From Entomortierella parvispora E1425 (Eukaryota; Fungi; Mortierellomycota), in NCBI GenBank assembly GCA_020891255.1, contig BQFW01000006.1, positions 1,922,001 to 1,986,000 on the forward strand: a stretch of 64,000 nt of DNA, read 5' to 3'. The position numbers and the translations under genes are program-made. This document shows positions 1 to 13,297 of this stretch, piece after piece. The notes under the pieces are model-generated. The model worked only from the letters and a program-made list of their open reading frames with translations. It was not told the origin of the DNA and ran no database searches. The first letter of the stretch is position 1, and each line of letters begins with the position of its first letter.

Positions 1-2795
1 GGGATGATCACTGTCGGTGTTGGCCTGATACGTTCGTTCGCATAGTCTGTTTCGCTCTTGTCCTCTTCAGCCTCCTCTGTAGCATCCGAAGTTCCTTCTG
101 ATGCCTGAGAGGAGACTTTCCAGGGCATAGAGCCGTTCTTACGGTCCGGGTTGATCATTGGGTATGCAGGAATCCGCAAGAGTGGTAGCCGTTCCTTCAA
201 GTTTGCAAGCTGAGCTCCCGTGTTCGATCCGTTGTTCACATTCTGAGCCTTGTTCAGTTGCATTCGGCTCTGAATTGAGAACACGAGCGACTTCTTTGTC
301 TTTAGCTCCTTTCCTGTCGTTGATGCCACTGTTGCCGTGGTAGCGCTTGTTTTTGAAGTGGATCGAACAGGGACTGTGGGTCCTGCATCCATGTCGATGC
401 CATTCTGCGACTCTTGGCTGGATGACTCCTGTTGATGCTGCTGCTGCTGCTGTTGTTGCTGCAGCTGCAGTTGCTGTTGATGTTGTGCCATGATCATGGC
501 ATGAGCCATATCGAGTCTCGGTGGGAATTGGGCCGATGACATGGCCGTATAGAAATCTCCGATCTCGTTGCATTGTTTGTTGGTCAAGCCCCGTCTAAGT
601 TGCAACAAGATCAAGTGAAGCAAGACTGCATGCCGAAAAGGCCTCCTCTCCCTCTCTCTCAATTTGCGCAATGTGTGGATGTAGGCAATCCTTTTTAGCG
701 TCATGGCTCTTGGATCCACCAGGGAAGACGGACTGGACTGTGCGCCAATGGCTCCCAAGGATGCAGTCGCGGCCTTGTTAAGGTTGGCCGTCATGACCGA
801 GGACATGGTCTCGGTTTGGTCCAAGGGCGGCGTAGTAGGTGGGGTGGTAAGCGCCGAGAATTGGAACGATCTCTCTTTCGCATTGCTTACACTACTACTA
901 CTGCCATTTGGCAACAGCGTCATCAAATTGCTGGGGATCTTGATGCCGCTTGTACGTAGCAGTGAGGTCGAAAGAGTCGAATTCAAATTGTTCTGCACCC
1001 GTGGTATGGTGGAGAAGAACGAGGCTCCGCTGATGGGTGAGTTTTGGGAAGAGTCAGAGGAATCGCTCGAATCTGTCGATGAGTCGGAGGAATCAGAGGA
1101 AATTGAGCATGTGGACGAGGCTCTTGAGACCCTACTCTTGGCACCTAGTTGACCTCGAATCGAAGGTTCTGAGGACGAGGCAGAGGATGAAGACGAGGCG
1201 GTGGATAGTGATGAAGAAGCTGCGGACGAGGATGCAGACTGAGAGGGGGAAGGGGTTTCGGTCTTGAGGCGCAACGACGCCGGTTCCGCCTTCGACGTGG
1301 GTGGCAAAACAAGGGGGTAGGACTCGTTAAAGTCCAGGTTGAGGCTGTGCTGATCGAAATAAGATGGAGGCATCACAAAGTCGGACCCGATGCCCTTGCA
1401 CAAACTGGCAGCAAAGTCCTGGTTGCTACCTCCTTCATTCCTGGTGTTGGTCATAGACCCTGTTGTTGATTCTGATCTAGAGGATTCGATTTGCAGTGAA
1501 GCCAAGTAGGCGTTTTGGATGAGTGTAGCAAGCGAGGTTTCCTCCTGACCTGAAGGTGTGTCCGGATGCGTTGTCATCTCCTCCTCTTCCTCCTCCTCCT
1601 CTTCCTCGGTGCACTCCTGCTCCTGCGTTGTCATAGAAGCTGCCATCATGTCTAGGGAATCCATAAGAGATCGCGGGGCACCATTGCTTGACTGGTATAT
1701 GGTTTCTTCAGAAGAGATCTCACCACTGGGGTCGATCTTGAAAGGGTCAAAGCTGTCGGGGCCAAACATCCCATCCGTGGGACTCATCATGGGCGTAGGA
1801 ATGATTGGAATTGTCTTCTGGTGGGCTGGCAAAGTCGGATGTGTCAGTGGTGGGGATATGCTCATCTTGACCTTTGCTGCTGCTTCCGCCGCCGCCGCCG
1901 CCGCCACCCCTGATGTTCCTCCTGATCCCCCATTCCGTCCTGCCGTATCTTGGTCCGTGTTGGACCACTCATAGTCATCTTCCACATTAGAATTGGTGCT
2001 GGCTCTACGCTCCTGCTTTTTTGGCGCACTTGAGCTGAACAGTCGGTTTTTCCAACTCGCACGCTGGTCTTGATTTCGACCCAGACTTAAGGATGCACCA
2101 AGGGGCGCAGGTGAAGTCTCTGTGGTCTGTGGTCCGATGGGAAAATCTGGACACGATGTGGCTGGTGGTTTGGCAAGGGAGCGAGGAACTTGGTCAAAGT
2201 GCAGGGAGCTGAGTGAGACTGGGGAGTCTGCGTAAGGTAGAGGCGTGCACGCGTAAGGAACTGGGGTAGTGAGCGGTTGGGGTGCTCCAATGGGCCCGAT
2301 GGTCCGCGCCTTGGCTGTCGAGGACTTGGAATTCGGTTTTGAACTGGCGGGGCTTTCTTGGGGTTTTTTGGAAGCGGTCGACAAGCTCGAGGTCCACCGA
2401 CGGATGTGGCTCAAAGGTGAGCTGTTCGAGCTAGAGGGGCCGCCGGAGACGGGTGTGTTAAGGGAAGAAGAGGATGTCGGTGGGGTCGAGGATGAAGGCG
2501 TGCTCGTGTTGGAGGAGGGCGAGTGGGCGGAGAAGGATCTGTCCTGGGAAAGGGATAATGTTTGGATGGCCGGGAGAGATGGCTTGTGGCTCAGGGCCTT
2601 AGGTGTTGTGGCCATATCTGCGGTTTTTATATTGCCAAGAGAGCTTTCTTTAAGACCTCTGCCGCGAACAGCATGGTGGGAGTCCACATTCGTGCGCGAC
2701 AAGTTGTGGCCTTCGGTGGATCCCAGGTTATTGTTGCTGCTGCTGTTGCTGAGCTCGTCAGGTCTGACTGCATTTTGGCCAATGATGGTCACCAT
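1..2795 (-). CDS. Large Ser/Thr/Pro-rich low-complexity hypothetical protein, 3' end beyond window start
   Basis: ATG at 2795 (MVTIIGQNAVRPDELS...). Spot translations at about 1440, 1200, 720-540 and 60-1 are all open in the same frame. The ORF track lists nothing in this frame, consistent with no stop before the edge (at least 931 aa). Ordered segment YIHTLRKLRERERRPFRHAVLLHLILLQLRRG at about 585-680. Confidence 0.8.
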   Translation of the reverse strand, partial: MVTIIGQNAVRPDELSNSSSNNNLGSTEGHNLSRTNVDSHHAVRGRGLKESSLGNIKTADMATTPKALSHKPSLPAIQTLSLSQDRSFSAHSPSSNTSTPSSSTPPTSSSSLNTPVSGGPSSSNSSPLSHIRRWTSSLSTASKKPQESPASSKPNSKSSTAKARTIGPIGAPQPLTTPVPYACTPLPYADSPVSLSSLHFDQVPRSLAKPPATSCPDFPIGPQTTETSPAPLGASLSLGRNQDQRASWKNRLFSSSAPKKQERRASTNSNVEDDYEWSNTDQDTAGRNGGSGGTSGVAAAAAAEAAAKVKMSISPPLTHPTLPAHQKTIPIIPTPMMSPTDGMFGPDSFDPFKIDPSGEISSEETIYQSSNGAPRSLMDSLDMMAASMTTQEQECTEEEEEEEEEEMTTHPDTPSGQEETSLATLIQNAYLASLQIESSRSESTTGSMTNTRNEGGSNQDFAASLCKGIGSDFVMPPSYFDQHSLNLDFNESYPLVLPPTSKAEPASLRLKTETPSPSQSASSSAASSSLSTASSSSSASSSEPSIRGQLGAKSRVSRASSTCSISSDSSDSSTDSSDSSDSSQNSPISGASFFSTIPRVQNNLNSTLSTSLLRTSGIKIPSNLMTLLPNGSSSSVSNAKERSFQFSALTTPPTTPPLDQTETMSSVMTANLNKAATASLGAIGAQSSPSSLVDPRAMTLKRIAYIHTLRKLRERERRPFRHAVLLHLILLQLRRGLTNKQCNEIGDFYTAMSSAQFPPRLDMAHAMIMAQHQQQLQLQQQQQQQQHQQESSSQESQNGIDMDAGPTVPVRSTSKTSATTATVASTTGKELKTKKSLVFSIQSRMQLNKAQNVNNGSNTGAQLANLKERLPLLRIPAYPMINPDRKNGSMPWKVSSQASEGTSDATEEAEEDKSETDYANERIRPTPTVII

Positions 2796-4893
2796 GGTCG
2801 GTCGGTTATGATGGTGAATGAGCTAACAACTGTGGGCCTGTCCCTTGAAAAACAAGGAAGAATGAACCAGGAGTTTAATGAATGAAATGAGCGAGAGAAA
2901 AGAGAGACAAACAGAAAGATAATACAGAGATTCAGGTTAGCGACCATTGCAAAGGAGACTCTCGATCCCAAAGAGAGAAGGAAAAATGAATGAAAAGAAC
3001 AGTCCTGGACTCCACGCGTGTTGCCATCGTTCTCTCCACGGGAATGTCCCATGGAGGTGAGGAGAGAGGCCCGTGCCCTGGCCTGTTCCTGAAGAGATTC
3101 CCCAGGGAAGAGAGAAAGGGGGACACGGTCCCTCTATTTGAGTGATTTGTCGGCACTTTAACCCACACCCTGGACTGAGCTTGTCCTTGTTGAATGGCTG
3201 TGCGACAGACAGCGCGCGCGTGTGTCTTTTTATTATCTGAGCCATGCTGTGCTCATCCACTTTGTGGGTCCGTGTAGCGCCTTGCTGTGTTGCCCCGTTC
3301 GCGTTATTGTTGTTGTTCGCTCGTATATACGAAGTTCTCTTTTTTTTTCTTTTTTTGATTTATCGTTGTTGTCTCATGCATCCCGCTGCTCCGTAACGAA
3401 GGCGATGTTTTTTGTTGTTGTTACAAGGCAGCATCTGGTTGCGCCGATCTCCAGGAGGTCCGTTTCTTATGGCTCTTCCACCCCGCCCTTTCTCTTCCAG
3501 AGATGTAGGATGAACAAAAAAAAAATAAACGTTTGTTTTCTTTTCTTCCTGTCTCTGCTGGTCGCAGGTAATCCTGTTTTCCTCTCTCCCCCTGTGGACG
3601 GTGAGTTGAGTCGAATATATCCTTGAAAAAAAATCACTTAAAAAAAAAGAGTTGAATGATTGTTCATTTCCTTTGGTTCCTTACCCAATGAATAAAGGGT
3701 CCTCGCGGATGATATATGAAAGAATGGCGCAGGAGACCGTTGGGTTCGAAAGAGGGGGGAGTACGCTTGCAGCGGGGGGGAAGGGGGGATGAGGCGCTCG
3801 TTCCTCTGTGACGAGAGTCGGGGGGGGGGGGGACGCGTTGGATGAGAGATGTAATGGGATTATAGGCTAGAGAGACAGCGAGAAGAGAGAGAAAACGGGA
3901 GAGAGAGTAAAGAGCAAAAGAGAGACGGAGATGGAGGGAGAGAGAGAGAGAGTGGGGAGAAAGAAGAAATAATTAGAAATGGGTACACCACCATGTGCAC
4001 TCTCCATGTCAATGGTGCATGAGAGTAATGAGAAGGCGAAAATAGAAGAGGGGTTTTTCTAAAAGAAGAATGAGCAAGCTACTGTTGCATGCAAGCAAGC
4101 TTGCAGGTACATGGAGCAGGAGGAATGGCGCGAAAGGACTAGGGCCCGACAGAGAGAAGTGGTGTCGATGGGGGGTGCGTGTGGATACGAGGGAGAGGGG
4201 AAGGAGCACAGAAAAGAACGTGGGACAAAGAAAAAAAAAGGGACGAGTCAGGTCAGGCTGACAGAGACCAGGCTGACAGACCGACAGGCAGACAGACCGA
4301 CAGGCAGACAGAGTCGATCAGTAAAGGGAAGGATAGCAGGTCGAAAAAGAGATGAAAAGATGCAGACGGGCAGCCACACGGGCATCCGAGCTGGAGGGTG
4401 AAGAGGAATGGAAGAGCGGGGAGGGGTGTGGTGTAGATGTGGGTATGGATGTGGGTAGGTGTCGGTGTTTATTTTTGAATGTTAGTGGCCCGGACAGGAA
4501 CAGGCATCCAGCGGCCAGGCCCGCGAGGACACGAAACGAAAAGAGGGATCGGGATCCTGTTCTGTTTGAGCAGAACGGAGGAGGGTGCGGCAGGAGGAGG
4601 AGGTGGAAGAGGAAAGGAGGACGAAATGAAAGAGAGCACCTCTTTGCTCGCTCATACAAAAGGGCTGAACAACAACAACAACAACACAAAAAAAGGATGA
4701 AGGAGGAACATCATGACAGAATGAAAAACAACAACGAATGCTCACCTCAAACTCCTCATACTTTTCATTCGATAAGAGGAGATTGTCAGGACAAGGAAGT
4801 ACGTGGACGTCCTGGACCTGGCTGCCGATATGAATGCCGATCAAGCGTTGGAAAAGAGAGCTCAGGAGAAGGGAACAGAGGCAGTCAAATAGC

Positions 4894-4920
<27 letters not shown>
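4894..4920. repeat. (GA)13 microsatellite
   Basis: Perfect GA dinucleotide run read directly; one of many GA/CT and poly-A/T tracts in 3800-8100. Confidence 0.9.
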
Positions 4921-4926
<6 letters not shown>

Positions 4927-7900
4927 ATGACGGGTGAGAGCTGCTGCACAGAAAGAGCCGCGTGGGAGTGATATGCAAGAGATGAGAACAGGTGGAATAG
5001 AAGGGAAGAAAAGAGAGGAGGATGGAGCGGAACGGTGCTGTTGTCGAGAAGCGTGTTCGAGAAAACAGGTGGCAATGGAGACGAGTTGGAGTAGCGTGCG
5101 AGGAAGGGACGATGGCAGAATTCGATCAATCGAGATAGGAACGAACAGCGAGCAAAAAGTGAGGGTGTACGAGAATGAGAATGTAGAGCAGAGAAGGGAC
5201 AGAGGAGAAAAGAAAGAAGGAAGAGAGAAAGAGAGAGAGGGAGGGAGAGAGAGGGAAAGTGGACCAAAAGAAGCAGAGAACAAACGACCGATGAGGAAAC
5301 ACACGGACAGACAGGCAGGCAAAGGAGAGAGAAAGAGAGAAAACAAGAGAGCCAGACAGAAGAGTCGAAAGTGGCACAAGCGAGGGTCCGTGCCAGTCCT
5401 CAGACCTCCCGCGACCTCTGCATAGGGAACGAAATGAGCTCAAACGCGAACTTGTCGCGTTGCGTCGTCTGCAAGCGCGCAACTGGAGGGTCGATGAAGT
5501 GGGTCAGTGCAATGAGCGAGTCGCAGCTTCTGGGGATTGTGCCATGGTCAGTCATTAAGACTGTCATTAAGTCTGTCGGTCTGCGAGTGTACCTAGCTAT
5601 CTGCCTGCAGTTGCCTTGTTTTTCTTGTGTGGTCTGCCATCGTGGGCTTATTACCAAGCGATTGAATAGCCAATTGAATGGGGACGCCTCAATTGCTCAT
5701 TAGTCTTCATCCTCCATGGCTACCTACGTCCTCAGTCTGTCTCTTATTTTTCTTTCTATCTTTTGTTATATTCTATCTGCGTGTGGGTGTGGGTGTGCGC
5801 GTGTGTGTCTTTGCCTTGTTCGCTTTGCATTGAACCCATGGGCTACGTCTCCGTCCTGTTTCTATTGAACAAATCAAATACGGAGGCATCACGCACGATC
5901 TCGAGTTCTCTCTCTCTGTCTCTCTGTCTTTTTCTATCTATCTTTCTCTGTCCGTGTATCTGTTCGTCTCTCGTCTTTCACTCTCTTTACAGTTCTGGAA
6001 CCAGCTCGAGGCATCTCACTTGGAAGATGCTGTCATTTGTCACTCCTACAAACCCAGTTTAAGGCCCCAATGTCAAAATGAAGGAGGAGGGGTCATTTTA
6101 AGAAACAGCTGCATGAGGGGAAGCAAGGCCAGTCATTCAGGTCTTTTGCTTCTTTCTTAGAACCTTTTTTTTTTTTTCTTGTTTTCTCATTCTTCCCTTT
6201 GCCACCATTTCGTTATTCTAATGACCTCCAAACCGAGCCTTTTATTTACCCTTTCCTTTTTCCCTTCTTCCCTTCTAATGAGCTAGCCAGGATGTTAAAC
6301 CCCAGGCGAGGGAGGGAGGGGGTAGCTGATAAAGGGAATCAAAAGGAGAGAGGGGAGTTCAGGAGTTGGACGCTTACGAATCAAAGTTTTAAGCACGCCT
6401 GAAAAAAAAACCAACTTGAAGGTCCTCAAAAGTCATCCTCAACAACAGCAGCAGCAACATCAATCCAAAAGAACCCAACAACAGTAAAAAAAACCGGGCA
6501 ACCCAGTCAGCAAATTTGGAGGATCGTAGAGCTGGTAAACAACAACAAGCAAACAAACAAACAAACGGCAACCAGCACGCACGCAGGCAGACTTGCAGTC
6601 AGGATGGACCAAATGCACTGTAATGGATGCCACAAAGGGGAGAGGGGATCCCCACACACCAGAAAAAAACCCGAGAAAAGGGACAGTCCAACCCACAAAC
6701 CAACCACACTTCTTACTTCTTTTTGTTCTATCTACCACTTTAAACTCTTTGAGAAAAAACTTGGATACTGTCGAGTATTTGCGGGCCTATTGGTTGCCAT
6801 GGGCTACCATGGAAAGGACTATATGCAATGCAATGCAGTTCTTGCGTGGCCACGCATTCATTGCATTCAGTGTATAGTTAGATAGATGGGGTAACCCAGT
6901 GTTGATGTGATCTTTGAATTTACGTGCCAGGGGGCGGTCAAAACCTGCGCGCGCCCTTCGCACGCACGCACGCCTACCCCAACCAAAGGGGTCAAACTAG
7001 AATCCAGAAGGGGTCGAGGAGGAACCGTAGGAGGAACACGCCCCCGCTCTGTCCATCCAAAAGGGATAGAAAAAAAAAGAAACGAAAATGTGAGGGAAGG
7101 ATAGAGTAATGACGAGAGCCTTTTACCCCCTTCAAGATTCCTTCCTCCGTGGCCAGAACAAATCAGAAAGAGAATATCGCGCTATTGATGTTGGTTTATT
7201 CTCCTAGTAGAGGAATCGGATCAAGAGCATCATCATGTCAGCGGTTTTCTACCTTTCATAGAAAGTACGAGAAATGTGAACCAATCTTGCTCCAGAGGAT
7301 CGAGTGAAGGCAAGCAAGAACCCAAGGCCGTGCTGTGTTGGGTGCATTCCGCACCTGGCTGTTACGTTAAACAGATTTATCAGTGTTGTTTTCCCCCGTT
7401 CTTCCCCCGGACTTCATCCATGTAGTCAGGAAAGCAGAGTAGACCTGGAGTCGGGAAACCGAGTACAGAGAAAGAGTTTACCCAGACCATGACATGACCA
7501 CAGGATGAAAAACTGGAACTGGAAAAAAAGAAGACGCGGTGGAGACATCGGGAGAGACGAGGAATGGCCTAAGACTGTGGGCTCAAAAAAAAAAAAAAAA
7601 AAAAGCACGTCTCGACGATCAAAACGGCTGGATGTTCCTTTGTTCTCCCCCCGGATTCCAAATGACCGAGCCCATTTGTTTGTTTGCGCGTGTCATGACT
7701 TCGCGTGGCCAGCCCTTGGTAGTTGGGGTCGCGTGAAGGGGAACACCGACCCGACATATAGACGCCACACCAAAAATAACGAAAAGAGATGGGAGATGAA
7801 GGGGTAAAATGACACAAGGTCAAAGGGGGAGAAGTAGACTGACATGACAACAACAACAACAGCAAAAAAAAAAAAAAAAGTCAGGAAAGAGAGAGTGAGG

Positions 7901-8831
7901 GGAAGGAAAAGAAAGATTGAAGGAGGACGAGGAGGAGAGTGGCGAAAGACAAAAAAGATGGGCACTCCAATGGCTTTCAAAATCATCGACCTCGCTCTCT
8001 GTCCCCTTCTTCATGTTTGACACATTTTTTCATCATTCCCGAGAGAACTTTTCGGCATCTTACCCACTTTCTCCGTCCCTCCGTCATATTTTTTTTCTTT
8101 CCCCCTCTTCCTCGACAATGCAGGCTGGTAAAATGAAGATGATATTTTTCATGGTTGCTTCTTCCTTGTCCCTAGAAAATGGGTCGTCTCTTGATCTTCC
8201 TTTTGCATCTATGCCATGCAGGCAAAGCCCGTGGGGGGGATGATATCTTGGCCGTTGAATACCCCAGACTGAAATAAAGCCGTTCCCTTGCATAGGTTGG
8301 ACGTGTAGCCACCCCCTTGCTGATCACGTATCTTTGAAAGCGCACTTATCATCTCGTTTCATGGTGCGTTTCTTTGGCCTACCTTGGATGAGTCCGTGCC
8401 AAACACAAGGCAAATCAAAAGAAAGATATAGTCCAAGGGCAGCCTCGAGGTGAACGAGTGGAAGGAGGGGCACTGTTATCGCTGAGGAACTCAACGAACA
8501 CCAACGGATAAAGGTAGAGAATATTCAAGGGCTAAATATACCTCGGCATCTTTGCTGCAGCATCCAGTGATTTGGCCGAGGGAAAATGTCCGAGTTCAAT
8601 GCGGCAGGGCTGTGCGCACAGCATCGGGGAGCAACACTGCACTCGGAGTCTGCGAGTGAATGCTTGCACGTTCCGCAATTGCATATACCACAAGTCCTTG
8701 CATCGACTGAACTGCAATGATAGAGATGGTACAGGATTTATTACAGCAATGGCGTGTGTCAAAAAGGCACTTTCAGTTTTTTTTTTTTTTTTTTTTTTTT
8801 TGAAGAGATGCATGGCAGTTTTTTTCTTCGC

Positions 8832-11800
8832 TCAGCCACCCCGGAAAAGGTACATCAGCTCTTGTAACTATTGTGTGAAGAAATTGAATGTCAGACTTGA
8901 ATGTCAAAAGCCACGCAAAGCAAATACAAATGTCAGAGAACATGTAGGCAAGCCAACTTACGCCGAGCTTGGCAAGTTTGGGGACAGCTCCCTCGCCAAG
9001 GGCTCCATCAGCAAGTGCTTGCTTTTTCTCCTGAAGGACGAGAATACGGTCCTCCACCGTTTCAGGAATGCAAAGTCTGTGGACAAATACATTCTTTCTT
9101 TGGCCAATACGATGTACACGATCAATGGCCTGATTCTCGAGCGCAGGATTCCACCATGGGTCCATAATCACAACACTGACCACGCAAAAAAGAAAAAAAA
9201 AAAAAAAAGTCAGCACAAGTCAATCCAATAAACCAAGCGCCTACCCAACGGCAGTCAAAGAAAACGTACTGGTTTGCAACAGTCAAGTTCAAACCGAGAG
9301 AGCCACACTTCAGACTGATAAGCATCAGTGGGTAGCTGGGATCGTTGGTCATCCTGTGAACAGCATCGTTTCTGGCGATAGCTGACATGCTGCCATCGTA
9401 CTATCAAAAGGCGGATAATTTTAGGACCATATCAACATCGCCAACAGATATCGCATTTACATTTTCCCTACCATTAGATACTTGATGCCTTCCTGTTGCA
9501 AAGGCTTTTCGATCAAGTGAAGGAGACTTGTAAACTGGGAAAAGACGATGATCTTTTCTCTCTTTGCGACAGCTTGTCGAACAAGAACAATCATACGGTC
9601 AATCTTGGAACTGCTGATCCATTCATCCAGTTCCTGTGGTACGTCAACAGCCGGCAGCTTCCCGTCCCCGAAATCATCGCCATTGTCATCGGCCTTTCCT
9701 TTGCCTTTGGGATCCAATTCCTCCTCAGATGGGGCAGGGTTGAAGCGCTGATTGAAGTCCGCGACCGGAATCAAGTCATCCACACGAGTACTGCGTCTGC
9801 ATTCTGGGCATTTGCCGCCCTCTTCCTCGTGCTGTTGCAGATACGCTATGTGGTCAAAAGCAAGTGGTGTTAGAAAAAAAAAACACATTTGTCAACTCAT
9901 TCCACGTTTCCAGCACGAACGATGTTATACCTGTGATGCAAGCACGGCAGTAGATATGTCCACAACTGCTCAAAATGACGCTCTCCTCACCAACATCCAT
10001 GCAAATAGGACATTCTACGGCTTCCATGCCTCGTTCCAACAATCGGCGACGTACATCTTCCACAAGATTGTCCAAGAGAGCATCAATGTGCCCCCTCTGG
10101 TCCTCTGGAGCGTGTGCATCCGTGGCCTTTTCAAAGTCCTTGATTAGATGGGGGTGGCAGCATGCCTGGCGCAAACGGAGAAGAAGGACAAGGATCTATA
10201 TACCCAACAATACCATTTAGCAATTTGATTTTGAACAGTCCATTTCAGAAGTAGGATAAAAGGTCTTACATTGGAGTAGTTCTTCATGACAGTGCCGGCC
10301 CTCACATAGGCATTGAAGCGGTCGCGTGTTCGCGTCTCTAGAGCCTCATAGAATGCACGTTCGTCCACAGAGAAAGGAGTTTGCACTATTTCCACGTTCC
10401 TTTCTGGCAGCTCCAAAATGGGTTTTCCGTCAACCATGCTCGTTTTGGTTCTGCGTAAACAGATAGCCTTCAGCAGAGCCTGCACTCTTTGCATGGCGGG
10501 ACCATATCCTTTGGTTTTCTTCATTGGGGTTGAAATCTGGATCCTGAACTCATCCCAATCACAGTACGGTTTGATATGGAGGAACCGAATTAGTGAATAG
10601 AGCTCATCGATGTTGTTTTGAATCGGAGTACCTACATACAGCACACATAGACACACGCGGTAACAAAAAGGCGCCATATTAGCAATTTGGCTATTCACAA
10701 TAAGACAAATTGTTATATCTGACCTGGTAGTCGATCAACATACCTGTAAGGCACCAGCGATAGGTTGCGGCGATCTGCGCGCACGCTCTCGAGGCTTTTG
10801 TCATCTTGTTTTTGATCGTGTGGGCTTCGTCAATAACCACTCGATGAAAGTGCGCTTTGAAAAGTACACCGATGGCTTTATGTTTTGTAATGTCCGGACC
10901 TTCCTTGAAGCCCGCCTCGTTCGACAGGGTTGTGCTAGTGGTGATGATAACTATCACCATCACCATACAAACAAAAGTGCATTGTTAGATTGATGAAGGT
11001 AGTCTGAAATTCCAAAGCAGCCAAATCAAGAAAGTGTCACCTTACCATCATATCGCCTCAAGAGCTCCGGGTCCGTAAACTTATTTGTGCCGTGATAAAC
11101 ATGAACTTTGAGCAGATTTGGTTGGGTTTTTGATTTGAGTTCCTCCTCCCATTGGTACACAAGGGCTACTGGTGCCACCACCAGTGTCGCCTTTGTCTTT
11201 ACAAGCTTGTCCGCAGGTGGAGGTTCGAACCATGTTGTGCGGCTATCCCAGATAACTGGATCATCAATGGGGCCAAGTGGTCGGGATACAATGAGAGCCA
11301 TTGTCTGGACGGTTTTCCCCAAGCCCTATGAATAAAAATGGTGGATGACAATTGTTAACGTACGTTCGAAGCCCGCATAGTGCTAGTAGACCTAAATGGG
11401 ATGAATATTTTACCATGTCGTCCGCCAAGATGCCACCTCGATTTGAGCCCTCCTCCATCTTCTGTAGCCAGGTTAAGCCGATCTTCTGGTGCTCCAAAAG
11501 CGCAATGTGTGAAGCCATGCCATCGGGAGTGCCTGTCCGGTCTTTGGGAGCAATCTCTTCTTCCGAAGCCTGGATGTTTGCAAGTAGTTCCCTGAGCTCC
11601 TTTTCGGATTCTTGCTGAGACAAACCCCGATTCTGTCCCAAGTATGAGCCGTAATGTGAACTGTACGAAGAGCTAGATTGCGCCCAGGAGCTGGATTGCT
11701 GAGCCTGCCACCTCTCGTACGCATCACTCAGTCCATCCAGGTCATCTTCATCTGAATAGCCATAGTCAAATTCGTCATACTCGTCGTAGCCCCAATTTCC

Positions 11801-13149
11801 AGAGTTGTTTGAGTTGAAAGTTTGAGTGAGAGAGTTCACCAAACCCCAAGTAGTGCCCTCCAAGATCTCTTCGTCGTCCGACTCGATTTCGTGAACTTTT
11901 TTTGTGAGATCAATGACGGGAAGAGTGAGGTCGATCGCAGGGGCTTTTGATCCTGAGGCTCGCTGTTGTTGTGCCTGCAAAGCAGCCATATGGGCTTGAC
12001 TGAAAGCAGATTGTACCCGACCAGCTAAATCATTGGAGTTGATGGTTAGTGGATTCATAAATAGATGGTTGGCGAAGCAATGGCAAAGCGTTGGCGAAGT
12101 GGGCAAGAGATCACTTTACCTGCATTGGCGCTGTTCAGAATGTTGATGGCTGCTGCCTGAGTTGCAGTTGGTGTATCAGTGAAAGTATTTCCAGGCGTAG
12201 GGAAGGATCCAGGCATAGAGCTGGAGGGTTGTCCTGATCTTGCCAGCTGACCCATGGTAGTCGCAGAAGTTAGTAATGATGAGGATGCCCCCGCCTTTGC
12301 TCGTTGGTCGAAAATGGAAAACACTGGTTGTGCTGGACGTGTTGTGTTGCCGATGTTCAGGGGTCCGGCATTCTGCTTCTTTGGGGAGGTGGCCAAGCTG
12401 TAGCTGCTGGCGTCCGACTCTGCAAATAATCGAGCCATCTCCTCGTCCTCCTCTTCCTGTTTGGCTCGGTCAAGTTTAGACTGCATAAGAAGCTTTCCAG
12501 GGTTTGATCCAGGCCCTGATGCTGATACGGAGATACCGTTGTTTTTGTTGAAGGACTGGATCTCCTCCTCCTGCATAGATCTTGCAAATGCTTCGTCCTC
12601 TTCCTCCCTTTTGCGCTTCATCTCGGCCCAGCGCTGTTCCATCTCGCTCTGCTGCTTTAAGAGAGCATCCAGGTCAAGGTCCTCATCATCTCCAGCCTCC
12701 TTTAAGGCCATTTTAATACTCTCAGCCTCCTTGATGGTTCCATCAGATCCTGCTGCGGAGCTGGGGGCCTCTCCAGAGTATCCGTCAAAGGTTGCAAACT
12801 CGGAGTTTGGTGGCGTGGAAGACGATTCCCCAAGCCTCATTCTCTTTGTGCCGAGCTCGACGTCGAGGGGGGACGGTGAGCGAGTGCATCCGGGGCTGCT
12901 GATGTGTGGTAAATGAGCAGACTCTGGGGTGATGGAACCTCCGCTTGTCTCCTTGTGGTGTTCAGGGTCGCTGTGGTCATCGTCGTCCTCGATTCCGAGG
13001 GCTTTGGCTATCTGTAGCTCGATACTCTGGATTTCTTCACGCAAGGCTTCCTTGCGTTTGGCAGTGTTCACGGCTGAGTTGGATTCAAGTTGCTGACGGC
13101 AGACGTTGAGTCTGGCTTTCATGCCCTCAATGTCTGTCGTGGACGACAT
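8832..13149 (-). CDS. SNF2-family helicase/ATPase with RING finger (Rad5/Rad16-like superfamily, Uls1/Rrp2-type), multi-exon
   Basis: Motifs [82 protein letters not shown]...CGHIYCRAC...[53 protein letters not shown]. Start MSSTTDIEG at 13149; last exon [11 protein letters not shown] ends at 8832. Confidence 0.93.
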
Positions 13150-13297
13150 GTGTGAGATGGAGGGAGGTGATGGGAAAGGCAAAGTTGACAAATGGAACAG
13201 AAGGAAGGGGAGCAAGGGGAAGGAGGGACTCATTTGACTTTTTTTTTTTATATTTTTTTGGAAGGCAGTCACGTGGGCACGCCCATCGCACAAAAGG

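Noticed and set aside
4000-5480. Long ORFs such as 4482-5267 (-), 4352-4930 (+) and 4934-5425 (+)
   Set aside because: They arise from GA/CT-rich low-complexity DNA, give RERE/SLSL translations and show no domain.
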